64,000 bases of DNA from Escherichia coli (lineage in GTDB: Bacteria; Pseudomonadota; Gammaproteobacteria; Enterobacterales; Enterobacteriaceae): the NCBI RefSeq assembly GCF_036507355.1, contig NZ_AP027877.1. One strand, given 5' to 3'. The position numbers were made by a program, and so were the translations under genes. Below are positions 1 to 11,513 of this stretch, one piece after another (within the stretch, counting starts at the first letter, position 1; the number at the start of each line of letters is the position of its first letter). The notes beneath the pieces were generated by a model. It was not told where the DNA came from, did not search any database, and was given only the letters and a program-made list of their open reading frames with translations.

Positions 1-87
1 CCAGATATCGGAATATTCGCTCTCACAGGGATGGTTTACAAAATGCGTTATCGGTCTCAGCACCCCTATAGCATCAAGGAAAAGCAG

Positions 88-1470
88 ATGAAGAGTGAAG
101 TGTTGTCCGTTAAAGAGAAAATTGGTTATGGCATGGGAGACGCCGCCAGCCACATTATTTTCGATAACGTAATGTTATATATGATGTTCTTTTATACCGA
201 TATTTTTGGCATTCCTGCCGGATTTGTCGGAACTATGTTTTTGGTCGCTCGTGCACTGGATGCGATTTCCGATCCTTGCATGGGGTTGTTGGCCGATCGA
301 ACGCGCTCTCGCTGGGGTAAATTTCGTCCGTGGGTACTGTTTGGCGCACTGCCATTCGGGATCGTCTGTGTACTGGCCTATAGCACGCCAGATCTCAGTA
401 TGAACGGTAAAATGATCTATGCAGCAATTACTTACACCCTACTTACCTTACTTTATACCGTCGTCAATATCCCTTACTGCGCATTGGGTGGTGTAATCAC
501 CAATGACCCGACTCAGCGTATCTCGCTGCAATCCTGGCGTTTTGTGCTGGCGACCGCGGGAGGCATGCTTTCTACGGTTCTGATGATGCCACTGGTTAAT
601 TTAATTGGTGGTGATAATAAACCACTCGGTTTCCAGGGCGGTATCGCGGTCCTTTCCGTGGTGGCATTCATGATGCTGGCATTCTGTTTCTTCACCACTA
701 AAGAACGCGTTGAAGCACCACCTACAACGACGTCTATGCGGGAAGATTTACGTGATATCTGGCAAAACGACCAGTGGCGGATTGTCGGTTTACTAACCAT
801 TTTCAATATCCTGGCGGTGTGCGTACGCGGTGGAGCGATGATGTATTACGTCACATGGATTTTGGGTACGCCGGAAGTGTTTGTCGCTTTTCTCACCACT
901 TATTGCGTGGGTAACCTGATTGGTTCCGCACTGGCAAAACCGCTGACCGACTGGAAATGTAAAGTCACTATCTTCTGGTGGACGAACGCCCTGCTCGCAG
1001 TGATTAGCATCGCGATGTTCTTTGTTCCCATGCAGGCCAGCATCACTATGTTTGTCTTCATCTTCGTGATTGGTGTGTTGCATCAACTGGTGACACCTAT
1101 CCAGTGGGTAATGATGTCCGATACCGTCGACTACGGCGAGTGGTGCAATGGTAAACGCCTGACCGGAATCAGTTTTGCTGGCACGCTGTTTGTTCTCAAA
1201 CTGGGGTTGGCCTTCGGCGGCGCTCTTATCGGCTGGATGCTGGCTTATGGCGGATATGATGCGGCAGAAAAAGCGCAGAACAGCGCCACGATTAGCATCA
1301 TTATCGCGCTATTCACGATTGTTCCGGCGATCTGTTATTTGCTGAGCGCGATTATCGCTAAACGCTACTACTCACTCACGACGCACAATCTGAAAACCGT
1401 TATGGAACAGCTGGCTCAGGGCAAACGCCGTTGCCAGCAACAATTCACCTCTCAAGAAGTGCAGAACTAA
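88..1470 (+). CDS. yicJ: putative glycoside/cation symporter (GPH/MFS family)
   Basis: ORF 31..1470 with ATG at 88 giving MKSEVLSVKEKIGYGMGD..., 12-TM-like hydropathy; recalled similarity to YicJ/MelB family; precedes yicI. Confidence 0.85.
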   Translation: MKSEVLSVKEKIGYGMGDAASHIIFDNVMLYMMFFYTDIFGIPAGFVGTMFLVARALDAISDPCMGLLADRTRSRWGKFRPWVLFGALPFGIVCVLAYSTPDLSMNGKMIYAAITYTLLTLLYTVVNIPYCALGGVITNDPTQRISLQSWRFVLATAGGMLSTVLMMPLVNLIGGDNKPLGFQGGIAVLSVVAFMMLAFCFFTTKERVEAPPTTTSMREDLRDIWQNDQWRIVGLLTIFNILAVCVRGGAMMYYVTWILGTPEVFVAFLTTYCVGNLIGSALAKPLTDWKCKVTIFWWTNALLAVISIAMFFVPMQASITMFVFIFVIGVLHQLVTPIQWVMMSDTVDYGEWCNGKRLTGISFAGTLFVLKLGLAFGGALIGWMLAYGGYDAAEKAQNSATISIIIALFTIVPAICYLLSAIIAKRYYSLTTHNLKTVMEQLAQGKRRCQQQFTSQEVQN

Positions 1471-1479
1471 GGAACGGCA

Positions 1480-3798
1480 ATGAAAATTAGCGATGGAAAC
1501 TGGTTGATTCAACCTGGCCTCAATTTGATTCACCCGCTTCAGGTGTTCGAGGTTGAACAGCAGGGTAATGAAATGGTGGTCTATGCTGCCCCCCGTGATG
1601 TACGTGAACGTACCTGGCAGCTTGACACGCCTTTATTTACGCTGCGCTTTTTCTCCCCACAGGAAGGTATTGTCGGGGTGCGGATTGAGCATTTTCAGGG
1701 GGCGCTGAATAACGGCCCTCATTATCCGCTCAATATTTTGCAGGACGTGAAGGTCACAATCGAAAACACAGAACGTTATGCTGAGTTTAAAAGTGGCAAC
1801 TTAAGCGCGCGTGTCAGCAAAGGTGAGTTCTGGTCACTCGATTTTCTGCGCAACGGTGAACGTATTACCGGTAGTCAGGTGAAAAATAATGGCTACGTGC
1901 AGGATACGAATAATCAACGAAATTATATGTTTGAGCGGCTTGATCTTGGCGTTGGCGAAACAGTTTATGGTCTGGGAGAGCGCTTTACTGCCCTGGTGCG
2001 CAATGGTCAGACGGTAGAAACCTGGAACCGGGACGGCGGCACAAGTACTGAACAGGCGTATAAAAATATCCCGTTCTACATGACTAACCGTGGTTATGGG
2101 GTACTGGTCAATCACCCCCAGTGTGTCTCTTTTGAAGTGGGATCGGAGAAAGTCTCCAAAGTGCAGTTCAGCGTTGAGAGCGAATATCTCGAATACTTTG
2201 TTATCGACGGTCCGACGCCGAAAGCGGTACTTGATCGTTATACCCGTTTTACTGGTCGTCCGGCGCTGCCGCCCGCATGGTCCTTCGGCCTGTGGCTAAC
2301 CACTTCATTTACCACCAACTACGACGAAGCGACGGTAAACAGCTTTATCGATGGTATGGCGGAACGCAATCTGCCGCTGCATGTTTTCCACTTTGACTGT
2401 TTCTGGATGAAAGCCTTCCAGTGGTGCGATTTTGAGTGGGACCCGCTGACTTTCCCGGACCCGGAAGGGATGATCCGCCGCCTGAAAGCGAAAGGGCTGA
2501 AAATCTGCGTCTGGATTAACCCCTATATTGGGCAAAAATCCCCCGTCTTTAAAGAGTTACAAGAGAAAGGTTATTTACTCAAACGCCCGGACGGTTCGCT
2601 GTGGCAGTGGGATAAATGGCAGCCAGGTCTGGCGATTTATGACTTTACCAATCCGGATGCCTGCACATGGTACGCCGACAAACTGAAAGTTCTGGTCGCG
2701 ATGGGCGTTGATTGCTTTAAGACCGACTTTGGCGAACGTATCCCAACCGATGTTCAGTGGTTTGACGGTTCCGATCCGCAGAAAATGCATAACCATTATG
2801 CGTACATCTACAACGAACTGGTGTGGAACGTGCTCAAGGACACCGTTGGTGAGGAAGAAGCCGTCTTGTTTGCCCGCTCGGCCTCCGTTGGTGCGCAGAA
2901 ATTCCCGGTACACTGGGGTGGCGACTGTTACGCCAACTACGAATCAATGGCGGAAAGCCTGCGCGGTGGTTTGTCTATTGGCCTTTCAGGTTTTGGCTTC
3001 TGGAGCCACGATATCGGCGGCTTTGAAAATACCGCTCCGGCGCACGTTTACAAACGCTGGTGCGCGTTTGGTTTGCTCTCCAGCCATAGTCGTTTACATG
3101 GCAGCAAATCTTATCGTGTGCCGTGGGCCTACGATGATGAGTCCTGTGATGTGGTGCGCTTCTTCACGCAACTGAAATGCCGCATGATGCCGTATCTGTA
3201 TCGTGAAGCTGCGCGTGCGAATGCGCGGGGTACGCCGATGATGCGGGCCATGATGATGGAGTTCCCGGACGAGCCGGCTTGTGATTATCTTGACCGTCAA
3301 TACATGTTAGGCGACAACGTGATGGTTGCTCCGGTGTTCACTGAAGCGGGCGATGTGCAGTTCTACTTGCCGGAAGGTCGCTGGACACACCTGTGGCACA
3401 ACGATGAACTCGACGGTAGTCGCTGGCATAAACAGCAGCACGGCTTCCTGAGTCTGCCCGTTTATGTGCGTGATAACACCCTACTGGCGCTGGGCAACAA
3501 CGATCAACGTCCCGATTACGCGTGGCACGAAGGCACGGCATTCCACCTCTTTAATCTGCAAGACGGGCATGAAACCGTCTGTGAAGTGCCCGCTGCTGAC
3601 GGTTCGGTGATCTTTACTTTAAAAGCAGCACGTACTGGCAACACGATTACTGTGACTGGTGCAGGCGAGGCGAAGAACTGGACACTGTGCTTGCGCAATG
3701 TTGTGAAAGTAAATGGTCTGCAAGGCGGTTCGCAGGTTGAAAGTGAGCAGGGGGTGGTGGTGACGCCTCAAGGGAATGCGCTGACAATTACGTTGTAA
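1480..3798 (+). CDS. yicI: alpha-xylosidase (GH31)
   Basis: 772-aa ORF; GH31-like motifs (WIDMNE-like region, catalytic Asp context) recalled; conserved position after yicJ. Confidence 0.9.
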   Translation: MKISDGNWLIQPGLNLIHPLQVFEVEQQGNEMVVYAAPRDVRERTWQLDTPLFTLRFFSPQEGIVGVRIEHFQGALNNGPHYPLNILQDVKVTIENTERYAEFKSGNLSARVSKGEFWSLDFLRNGERITGSQVKNNGYVQDTNNQRNYMFERLDLGVGETVYGLGERFTALVRNGQTVETWNRDGGTSTEQAYKNIPFYMTNRGYGVLVNHPQCVSFEVGSEKVSKVQFSVESEYLEYFVIDGPTPKAVLDRYTRFTGRPALPPAWSFGLWLTTSFTTNYDEATVNSFIDGMAERNLPLHVFHFDCFWMKAFQWCDFEWDPLTFPDPEGMIRRLKAKGLKICVWINPYIGQKSPVFKELQEKGYLLKRPDGSLWQWDKWQPGLAIYDFTNPDACTWYADKLKVLVAMGVDCFKTDFGERIPTDVQWFDGSDPQKMHNHYAYIYNELVWNVLKDTVGEEEAVLFARSASVGAQKFPVHWGGDCYANYESMAESLRGGLSIGLSGFGFWSHDIGGFENTAPAHVYKRWCAFGLLSSHSRLHGSKSYRVPWAYDDESCDVVRFFTQLKCRMMPYLYREAARANARGTPMMRAMMMEFPDEPACDYLDRQYMLGDNVMVAPVFTEAGDVQFYLPEGRWTHLWHNDELDGSRWHKQQHGFLSLPVYVRDNTLLALGNNDQRPDYAWHEGTAFHLFNLQDGHETVCEVPAADGSVIFTLKAARTGNTITVTGAGEAKNWTLCLRNVVKVNGLQGGSQVESEQGVVVTPQGNALTITL

Positions 3799-3811
3799 TC
3801 TATTGAAGAAT

Positions 3812-3838
3812 GCCGGGTACGTCTGAGCCGTACCCGGC
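3812..3838. terminator. intergenic stem-loop between convergent yicI and yicH
   Basis: ccgggtacg-tctgagc-cgtacccgg inverted repeat directly seen; no clear U-tract, so may be a bidirectional terminator or REP-like hairpin. Confidence 0.4.
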
Positions 3839-3849
3839 GAGATTGATGT

Positions 3850-5559
3850 TTATTGCACTGGCTCCGTCGATGTAACTTCACCGCTGGAAACGATGCCAGC
3901 ATTCATGGTTTGAGTCACTTGCTGCTTTGCGGCGTTCACGGCATGCAATTGCCCGCTAACCGTAGGTTTCAACGGGACATTGGCCTGAATATCGCCACTG
4001 GCGGTAAGCTGAATATTGCCGTCGCCAGTCAACGGTAATTCAGGCCATCCCCACTGTTGCAAAATATTCACCGGCACACCGCGTCCATTCAGGCTGATAT
4101 GGGTCTGACGTTGTGGCGTTTGTGAAACACTGGCGGTGGCTTCCAGAATGCCTTTTTCAGTAAATGCACTCAGTTCGCTGATATTCACCGTGCTGCTGTT
4201 GGCGGTTAGCGCCAGCGATGGACGGCGGACATCAACACGATTAAACGTCGCGGCGGCGGCATTCAGATTCGCCGAGCCACTCCAGACGCCCCATTTATGA
4301 TCGGTAACCAGCGTCAGGTTGGCACCGTAACCATCGAGCGCGGTGAGCTGCCACGGGAAGTCAGGGTCGATATCAATGATCAGATTGCGGCTGGCGCTAA
4401 ATCTCTTCAGTTGCAGGCTGTTTAACCAACCGGGTGTCGTTTCCATCCACAACTGTTGCCAGTTTTTCGGCAAGGTATATTCCAGCCCGGCAATTGCCGC
4501 ATCATCAAGGATCAACGTTTTCCCGTCACGCAGCCAGTTCCCTGACGTTCTGACCATACCCCCTTCCCAGCGGCTGGTGAACTGGCGCAGCGCTACGCCC
4601 TGCGGGGAAAATTCCGCGTTTATAATCGGGTCAAATAAATGCAGCGAACCATAAATGAACTCGCTGGCGTTCATCGACAGTTTGCCTTCTTGTGTCTGCC
4701 AGTCATCTTTACTGAAGGTCATGTTGCGCAAGCTGAGATCGAGGTCGGTCACCGCCCAGTCCGGACCTTGCAGACGAGCATCGATCACTTCCAGGCGACC
4801 AATCTGCAACGACGGGACAGAGCGTAATGGCGCAAAGAAGTCGGTTAGCGATTTTTCGCTTTGTAGACGGATATCCGCCATGCGCAGATTTTCCACTTGC
4901 CAGCTGCCGTCGGCGTTACGCTGCGCGTTTCCGGTTAATGTCCCGCGCGCGATGTCGGCACCCAGGTTAGTCAGCGTAACGCGATCGTTATCAATACTGC
5001 CTTCAATCAGTACATTGGTGGCAGGAATATCATTGAGCGAAAGCGATCCGGCACTAAACTGAATCTGCGCCTTCGTACCCAGCACTTTACCGGCTTCTGG
5101 TGACCACGGAACCACGCCGCCATTTACCCGCTGCGCGCTCAGTTTCCATTCGCTATTCGGGCTATTAAACGCCATATCACGCAGTTGCAGACGATCGGCT
5201 TTGAACGGTAGCGGCGCGGTCTGGTCGGTGAGATTCAGCGTTCCGTTTTCCAGCAGGATGGTATCGACATGGCGTGGTTCGGTCAGTTGCCGACTGCTTA
5301 GCGCAATGTCGACACTTTTTGCCACCAGGGTCGCGGGCTGGCCATCACGGCCAAACGTGACGTTCTCCAGCACGATATGAGATGGCGCGGAAAAACGGTG
5401 ATCCATCGCCCCGAAGGCCAGATGATAGTCGCTATTCTCGGAAACCCATGCGCTGATATGTTCTGCTCCCCAGCGGGTTTGCAGAAGAAAATAGAGGCCA
5501 GCGATCACCACTAACAGAGCGATGAGAATGTAGAGAAGCAGCTTCCCAATAAATTTCAT
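3850..5559 (-). CDS. yicH: AsmA-family outer membrane assembly protein
   Basis: ORF with ATG at 5559 (MKFIGKLLLYILIALLVV... N-terminal TM anchor); length ~569 aa. Confidence 0.85.
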   Translation of the reverse strand: MKFIGKLLLYILIALLVVIAGLYFLLQTRWGAEHISAWVSENSDYHLAFGAMDHRFSAPSHIVLENVTFGRDGQPATLVAKSVDIALSSRQLTEPRHVDTILLENGTLNLTDQTAPLPFKADRLQLRDMAFNSPNSEWKLSAQRVNGGVVPWSPEAGKVLGTKAQIQFSAGSLSLNDIPATNVLIEGSIDNDRVTLTNLGADIARGTLTGNAQRNADGSWQVENLRMADIRLQSEKSLTDFFAPLRSVPSLQIGRLEVIDARLQGPDWAVTDLDLSLRNMTFSKDDWQTQEGKLSMNASEFIYGSLHLFDPIINAEFSPQGVALRQFTSRWEGGMVRTSGNWLRDGKTLILDDAAIAGLEYTLPKNWQQLWMETTPGWLNSLQLKRFSASRNLIIDIDPDFPWQLTALDGYGANLTLVTDHKWGVWSGSANLNAAAATFNRVDVRRPSLALTANSSTVNISELSAFTEKGILEATASVSQTPQRQTHISLNGRGVPVNILQQWGWPELPLTGDGNIQLTASGDIQANVPLKPTVSGQLHAVNAAKQQVTQTMNAGIVSSGEVTSTEPVQ

Positions 5560-5679
5560 GGTCTTCCATCCCGTGAAATGCACATAAGGGAGTTATGCAC
5601 GATTTACGCGCAATCCTCAAGGCGGGAATGGTGAAAGAGGTGAGACTGCGGCGGTAATTATCTTACCGCCGCCAGTGAA

Positions 5680-7071
5680 TTACTGTTTTTCTGGTGGGAA
5701 AATCAGATTCAGCACGATGGCAGTAATACCGCCCGCGGCGATCCCGGAGGAGAGCAGGTTTTTCAGCCATTCAGGGGCAAACTGCAAAATCAGCGGCTGC
5801 TGAGACACGCCCAGACCAACCGCCAGCGACAGGGCGATAATCAGAATCGCCCGACGGTTCAGCGGCTCACGAGAAACGATACGCACACCGGAGGCGGCGA
5901 TGGTGCCAAACATTACAAGCGTTGCGCCGCCCAGAACCGGTTCTGGAATGTGTTGTACAAAACCGCTCACTGCCGGGAACAGACCCAGCACGATCAACAT
6001 CAGCGCGACGACAAAACCGACATAGCGGCTGGCAACACCGGTCAACTGGATCACTCCGTTGTTCTGCCCGAAGCAGGAGTTCGGGAAGGTGTTAAACACC
6101 GCCGAAACAAACGAGTTCAGGCCGTTTGCCAGCACGCCGCCTTTCAGGCGTTTCATGTACAGCGGACCGGACACTGGCTGTTCGGAAACGTCAGAGGTCG
6201 CCGTGATATCGCCAATGGTTTCCAGCGAAGTGATCATAAAGACCAGCATCAGCGGCAGCAGCAGACTCCATTCAATGCCAAGACCGTAATAGAGCGGCGT
6301 TGGCACCATAATCAGTTCTTGCGTCATCGGTTCGTTGCTTTCTGGCAACATGCCCATAAACCACGCCAGCGCATATCCGGCCGCCATCGCAATCACCAGT
6401 GAGGCCACGCGTAAGTAAGGGTTACGTTGACGGTTAAGCAGGATAATTAAGGCTAAGACCACGCCTGCCAGCAGCAGATTTTTCGGTGCGCCGAAGGTGT
6501 TATCGCTCATGGCTGCGTAACCGCCGCCAATTGAGGTCAGCCCCACCTGAATTAGCGACAGGCCGATAATCATCACCACAACGCCAGAAACCAGCGGCGT
6601 AATAATGCGGCGCGCCAGATGCAGAACGCGGGAGATCACCATCTCGGTGCAACTTGCCAGCATCAACGTGCCGAACAAAGCCGCCATCATGGTAGGAACA
6701 TCAGCACCACCGGTTTTCAGCGCGGTACCGCCCATAATCAGCGGGGCAACAAAGTTGAAGCTGGTGCCCTGAATAGACAACAGCCCGGAGCCAACCGGAC
6801 CCCAGGCCTTAATTTGAATAATCGATGCCACACCGGAGGCAAACAGCGACATACTAATAATGTGTTGCGTGTCTTGTGCCGGTAAACCCAGCGCCTGGCA
6901 GATTAATAGCGCTGGCGTGATCACCGCAACGAACATCGCCAGCAAATGCTGACAGGCGGCAAACAGGGTTTGAGGAAGCGGCGGACGATCTTCAAGACGG
7001 TAAATCAGTTCGCTGTTTTGAGTCTGCGCAACCGGTTGCGCATTTTCTGACTCGAGGGTGGAAACAGACAT
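5680..7071 (-). CDS. xanP: xanthine permease (NCS2 family)
   Basis: ATG at 7071 ([10 protein letters not shown]...); polytopic membrane protein with NCS2-like motifs; between yicH and gltS. Confidence 0.85.
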
Positions 7072-7349
7072 CGAAAACAATCCCGTGGTAGCAAAGCGGG
7101 CATTTTAGCTGACCGAAAGAGAAAAGCAAACGTTTGCCACATCCTCATCTAAATATTTAAATGAGATAAATGCACTTTTTTATATAACTTTTGGTATTTT
7201 TCTGCTTAAAATCCATGCCATTTGTTCATTAACAGCTGAGAATTTGACCCAGGAAAGCATAACTCGATACCCGTCATAGTTCATAAGTTGCCACTGCGCG
7301 ATGAAGTATGACGAGTATGAAAGAGTGATGCGGATACAAAGGAGTAACT

Positions 7350-8555
7350 ATGTTTCATCTCGATACTTTAGCAACGCTTGTTGCCGCAACGCTGACGTTG
7401 CTGCTCGGGCGTAAGTTGGTCCATTCCGTCTCCTTTTTGAAGAAATACACCATACCGGAACCTGTTGCGGGTGGTTTGTTGGTGGCGCTGGCGCTACTGG
7501 TACTTAAAAAAAGCATGGGCTGGGAAGTCAACTTTGATATGTCCCTGCGCGATCCGTTAATGCTGGCATTCTTCGCCACCATTGGCCTGAACGCCAACAT
7601 TGCCAGTTTGCGTGCCGGTGGGCGTGTGGTTGGCATCTTCCTGATTGTGGTTGTTGGTCTGTTGGTGATGCAAAATGCCATTGGCATTGGTATGGCTAGC
7701 CTGTTAGGGCTTGATCCGCTGATGGGGCTGTTGGCCGGTTCTATTACGCTTTCCGGCGGTCACGGTACGGGAGCTGCATGGAGTAAATTGTTCATTGAAC
7801 GTTATGGCTTCACCAATGCGACAGAAGTGGCGATGGCCTGTGCAACGTTCGGTCTGGTGCTGGGCGGCTTGATTGGCGGTCCGGTGGCGCGCTATCTGGT
7901 GAAACACTCCACCACGCCGAACGGTATTCCGGATGACCAGGAAGTCCCGACGGCGTTTGAAAAGCCGGATGTGGGCCGCATGATCACCTCGCTGGTGCTG
8001 ATTGAAACTATCGCGCTGATTGCTATCTGCCTGACGGTGGGGAAAATTGTTGCGCAACTTTTGGCTGGCACTGCTTTTGAACTGCCGACCTTCGTCTGTG
8101 TACTGTTTGTTGGCGTGATTCTGAGCAACGGTCTGTCAATGATGGGCTTTTACCGCGTCTTTGAGCGTGCGGTATCCGTGCTGGGTAACGTAAGCCTGTC
8201 GTTGTTCCTGGCGATGGCGCTGATGGGGCTGAAACTGTGGGAGCTGGCTTCGCTGGCGCTGCCGATGCTGGCGATTCTGGTGGTACAGACCATCTTCATG
8301 GCGTTGTATGCCATCTTCGTTACCTGGCGCATGATGGGCAAAAACTACGATGCGGCAGTGCTGGCTGCGGGTCACTGTGGTTTTGGTCTCGGTGCAACGC
8401 CAACGGCAATCGCCAACATGCAGGCGATCACTGAACGCTTTGGCCCGTCGCACATGGCGTTTTTGGTGGTGCCGATGGTCGGTGCGTTCTTTATCGATAT
8501 CGTCAATGCGCTGGTGATTAAGCTGTATTTGATGTTGCCGATTTTTGCCGGTTAA
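7350..8555 (+). CDS. gltS: sodium/glutamate symporter
   Basis: 401-aa hydrophobic ORF, recalled GltS sequence context. Confidence 0.9.
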   Translation: MFHLDTLATLVAATLTLLLGRKLVHSVSFLKKYTIPEPVAGGLLVALALLVLKKSMGWEVNFDMSLRDPLMLAFFATIGLNANIASLRAGGRVVGIFLIVVVGLLVMQNAIGIGMASLLGLDPLMGLLAGSITLSGGHGTGAAWSKLFIERYGFTNATEVAMACATFGLVLGGLIGGPVARYLVKHSTTPNGIPDDQEVPTAFEKPDVGRMITSLVLIETIALIAICLTVGKIVAQLLAGTAFELPTFVCVLFVGVILSNGLSMMGFYRVFERAVSVLGNVSLSLFLAMALMGLKLWELASLALPMLAILVVQTIFMALYAIFVTWRMMGKNYDAAVLAAGHCGFGLGATPTAIANMQAITERFGPSHMAFLVVPMVGAFFIDIVNALVIKLYLMLPIFAG

Positions 8556-8730
8556 CCGATGAAGCGGCGGTAGAAGTGCCGCCGCAACAAAGACAAATGC
8601 CTGATACGCTTCGCTTATCAAGGCTGCGCATTGATTCACAATTTATTGAATTTATAAGTTTTTGTAGGACGAAGCACATCCGGCAGGAAGGTAGGGTAAC
8701 CTGAAATGGCGGTCTTCTCACCGCCGCCTT

Positions 8731-10812
8731 TTACGCATTCGAGTAACGTTCCGTCTCCGGCATCCAGCGTTCTATCAGGGCTTTTGCCTGTTGTGGGTAA
8801 CGTTCGTGAATATGGCGTGCCAGGCGCTGAACTTCCGGGATCATCGCCTGATCGCGCAGTAAATCCGCCACTTTAAATTCAGCATTACCCGTCTGACGAG
8901 TGCCTAACAATTCGCCAGGGCCGCGAATCTCCAGATCTTTTTGTGCAATCACAAACCCGTCGTTGCTGTCGCGCAGCACTTGCAGGCGAATTTGCGCCGT
9001 TTTAGAAAGCGGCGTTTTATAGAGCAGCACGCAGTGAGAAGCCACCGCGCCACGACCTACACGCCCACGTAGCTGGTGCAACTGCGCCAGACCCAGACGC
9101 TCCGGGTTTTCGATAATCATCAGACTGGCGTTAGGCACATCAACGCCGACTTCAATAACGGTTGTGGCAACCAGCAGGTGTAGCTCACCTTGTTTAAACG
9201 ACGCCATCACCGCCTGTTTCTCGGCAGGTTTCATCCGCCCGTGTACCAGGCCAACATTCAACTCTGGTAGCGCCAGTTTCAACTCTTCCCAGATAGCTTC
9301 CGCCGCCTGCGCTTCCAGTAACTCTGACTCTTCAATCAACGTACAAACCCAGTACGCCTGACGACCTTCAGTCATGCAGGCGTGGCGCACGCGGTCAATG
9401 ATGTCGGTACGGCGAGTATCAGGAATAGCGACCGTAGTCACTGGCGTGCGGCCTGGCGGCAGTTCATCAATGACCGAGGTGTCGAGATCAGCATACGCAG
9501 TCATCGCCAGCGTGCGGGGGATCGGCGTGGCGGTCATGATCAACTGATGCGGATGGAAGCCTTGCTGCTGGCCTTTCTCCCACAATGCCAGACGCTGATG
9601 CACGCCAAAGCGATGCTGTTCGTCGATAATCACCAGCGCCAGGCCGTTAAACTGCACCTGTTCCTGGAAGATGGCGTGTGTTCCGACAATCATCTGCACC
9701 TGACCGCTGGCGATGGCTTCCTGCTGAGACAGTCGCGCTTTACCTTTCTGCTTACCGGCGAGCCAGCCCACTTCGATACCGAGCGGTGCAAACCAGTTGC
9801 GGAAGTTATTAGCGTGCTGTTCGGCGAGTAATTCGGTTGGTGCCATCAATGCCACCTGTTTGCCGTGGGCAATCGCACGCAGCGCGGCGAGGGCAGCGAC
9901 CAGCGTTTTACCGGAACCTACATCGCCCTGTACCAGGCGCATCATCGGCACATTCAGCGCCATATCGCGCTCGATCTCCGCCACCACGCGAGCCTGAGCG
10001 CCCGTTGGCTTGAACGGTAAGGCGGCAAGAAGTTTATTTTTCAGCGTGTCATTGGCGCTCAGCGGCTGGGCATGGAAACGTTGCGCTCCGGCGCGTAAGG
10101 CTAACATGCTGAGGTTATGCGCCAGCAGTTCTTCCAGAATCAGACGACGTTGCGCCGGATGCTGCCCGGTTTCCAGATCGCTAAGTTGCAGCGTCGGCGG
10201 CGGGCGGTGCAAAGTGCGCAACGCTTCCGGTAGCGTCATCATTCCTTGTGACAGTTCCGGCGGCAGGAGTTCTTCAATGGCGCAGGTGTCGAGCAGATCC
10301 AGCGCCTGGTCGGTTAATTTACGCAGCGTGGCCTGCTTTACGCCTTCGGTTGTTGGATAAACCGGCGTGAGCGTTTCCTGCAACTCTGGCGTACTGAGAT
10401 CGCCCTGCACGCGGTATTCCGGGTGGATCATCTCCGCACCATATTTACCGCGCTTTGCTTCTCCATAGGCCAGCACGCGGCGGCCCGTCGCCAGGCTATT
10501 TTTCATTGCCGCGTTGAAGTTGAAAAAGCGCATGGTGAGAATGCCGGAACCGTCGCTGATCTGGCAGGTCATCATCCGCCGACCGCCGAAGGAGATATTG
10601 CAGTTCAGCACTTCGCCTTCCACCGTGGCATAAACGCCCGGTAGTAGTTCTCCGATGGGGTAGAGATGGGTGCGATCTTCGTAGCGCAGGGGAAGGTGTA
10701 AGAGTAGATCCTGCACAGTCTGCAGGTTGATTTTCGCCAGCTTGTTACTAAGCGCTGCGCCAACGCCCGTTAGGGAACTGAGCGGGACAGCATCTAACAG
10801 GCGACCTTTCAT
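8731..10812 (-). CDS. recG: ATP-dependent DNA helicase RecG
   Basis: ATG at 10812 (MKGRLLDAVPLSSL...); Walker A GDVGSGKT, DEQH box, helicase motifs visible. Confidence 0.95.
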   Translation of the reverse strand: MKGRLLDAVPLSSLTGVGAALSNKLAKINLQTVQDLLLHLPLRYEDRTHLYPIGELLPGVYATVEGEVLNCNISFGGRRMMTCQISDGSGILTMRFFNFNAAMKNSLATGRRVLAYGEAKRGKYGAEMIHPEYRVQGDLSTPELQETLTPVYPTTEGVKQATLRKLTDQALDLLDTCAIEELLPPELSQGMMTLPEALRTLHRPPPTLQLSDLETGQHPAQRRLILEELLAHNLSMLALRAGAQRFHAQPLSANDTLKNKLLAALPFKPTGAQARVVAEIERDMALNVPMMRLVQGDVGSGKTLVAALAALRAIAHGKQVALMAPTELLAEQHANNFRNWFAPLGIEVGWLAGKQKGKARLSQQEAIASGQVQMIVGTHAIFQEQVQFNGLALVIIDEQHRFGVHQRLALWEKGQQQGFHPHQLIMTATPIPRTLAMTAYADLDTSVIDELPPGRTPVTTVAIPDTRRTDIIDRVRHACMTEGRQAYWVCTLIEESELLEAQAAEAIWEELKLALPELNVGLVHGRMKPAEKQAVMASFKQGELHLLVATTVIEVGVDVPNASLMIIENPERLGLAQLHQLRGRVGRGAVASHCVLLYKTPLSKTAQIRLQVLRDSNDGFVIAQKDLEIRGPGELLGTRQTGNAEFKVADLLRDQAMIPEVQRLARHIHERYPQQAKALIERWMPETERYSNA

Positions 10813-10817
10813 GGCAC

Positions 10818-11507
10818 TTACCCTGCAGCCTGCATGGTAGCCCACCAGTCGGCATCAGCTTCGATCTCGCCTTGCTGATTGACGTGGGGATAAGGCAGGC
10901 CTTTGCGTTTTGCGACTTTCGCCAGCACCGGATAGCCGCCTTCAAACAACAGGCGTTGTTGCTCTGCTTCCGGCAACATGCTGTTTTCACGCAGGTACAT
11001 GCCTGCATTTTGCCGCTGACGCTGGGCTTCGTAAAGAATGAGGGCTGAGGCAACGGAAACATTCAGCGACTGCACCATGCCGATCATCGGAATGATGATG
11101 TCCTGATCCGCCAGGGCCAACGCTTCCTCAGTGATGCCCGTTTTCTCCTGACCCATCAAAATGCAGGTCGGGCGAGTGTAATCAATTTCGCGAAAATCGA
11201 CAGCGTTATCAGAAAGATGGGTTGCCAGAATTTGCATGCCCTGGCCTTTCAGATGGGTGACGGCATCGCCAATGGTGCGGTGCGTTTTCACCTGCACCCA
11301 ACTGTTGCTACCCGCCGCCGCAGAGGCCATGGTACGCATGCGGCTACCAGGCCAGACGGCGTGAACTTCATGTACGCCAACGGCATCTGCGGTACGAATA
11401 ATCGCAGAAACGTTATGAGGTTTGTGGACCTGCTCCATGCAGACGGTCAGATCAGGCTGCCGCCTGGCGAGCATTTCGCAGATGCGTGCATAACGTGTTG
11501 GGTTCAT
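10818..11507 (-). CDS. trmH: tRNA (Gm18) 2'-O-methyltransferase
   Basis: 229-aa SpoU-family ORF immediately upstream of recG in spoT operon. Confidence 0.9.
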   Translation of the reverse strand: MNPTRYARICEMLARRQPDLTVCMEQVHKPHNVSAIIRTADAVGVHEVHAVWPGSRMRTMASAAAGSNSWVQVKTHRTIGDAVTHLKGQGMQILATHLSDNAVDFREIDYTRPTCILMGQEKTGITEEALALADQDIIIPMIGMVQSLNVSVASALILYEAQRQRQNAGMYLRENSMLPEAEQQRLLFEGGYPVLAKVAKRKGLPYPHVNQQGEIEADADWWATMQAAG

Positions 11508-11513
11508 AAAACA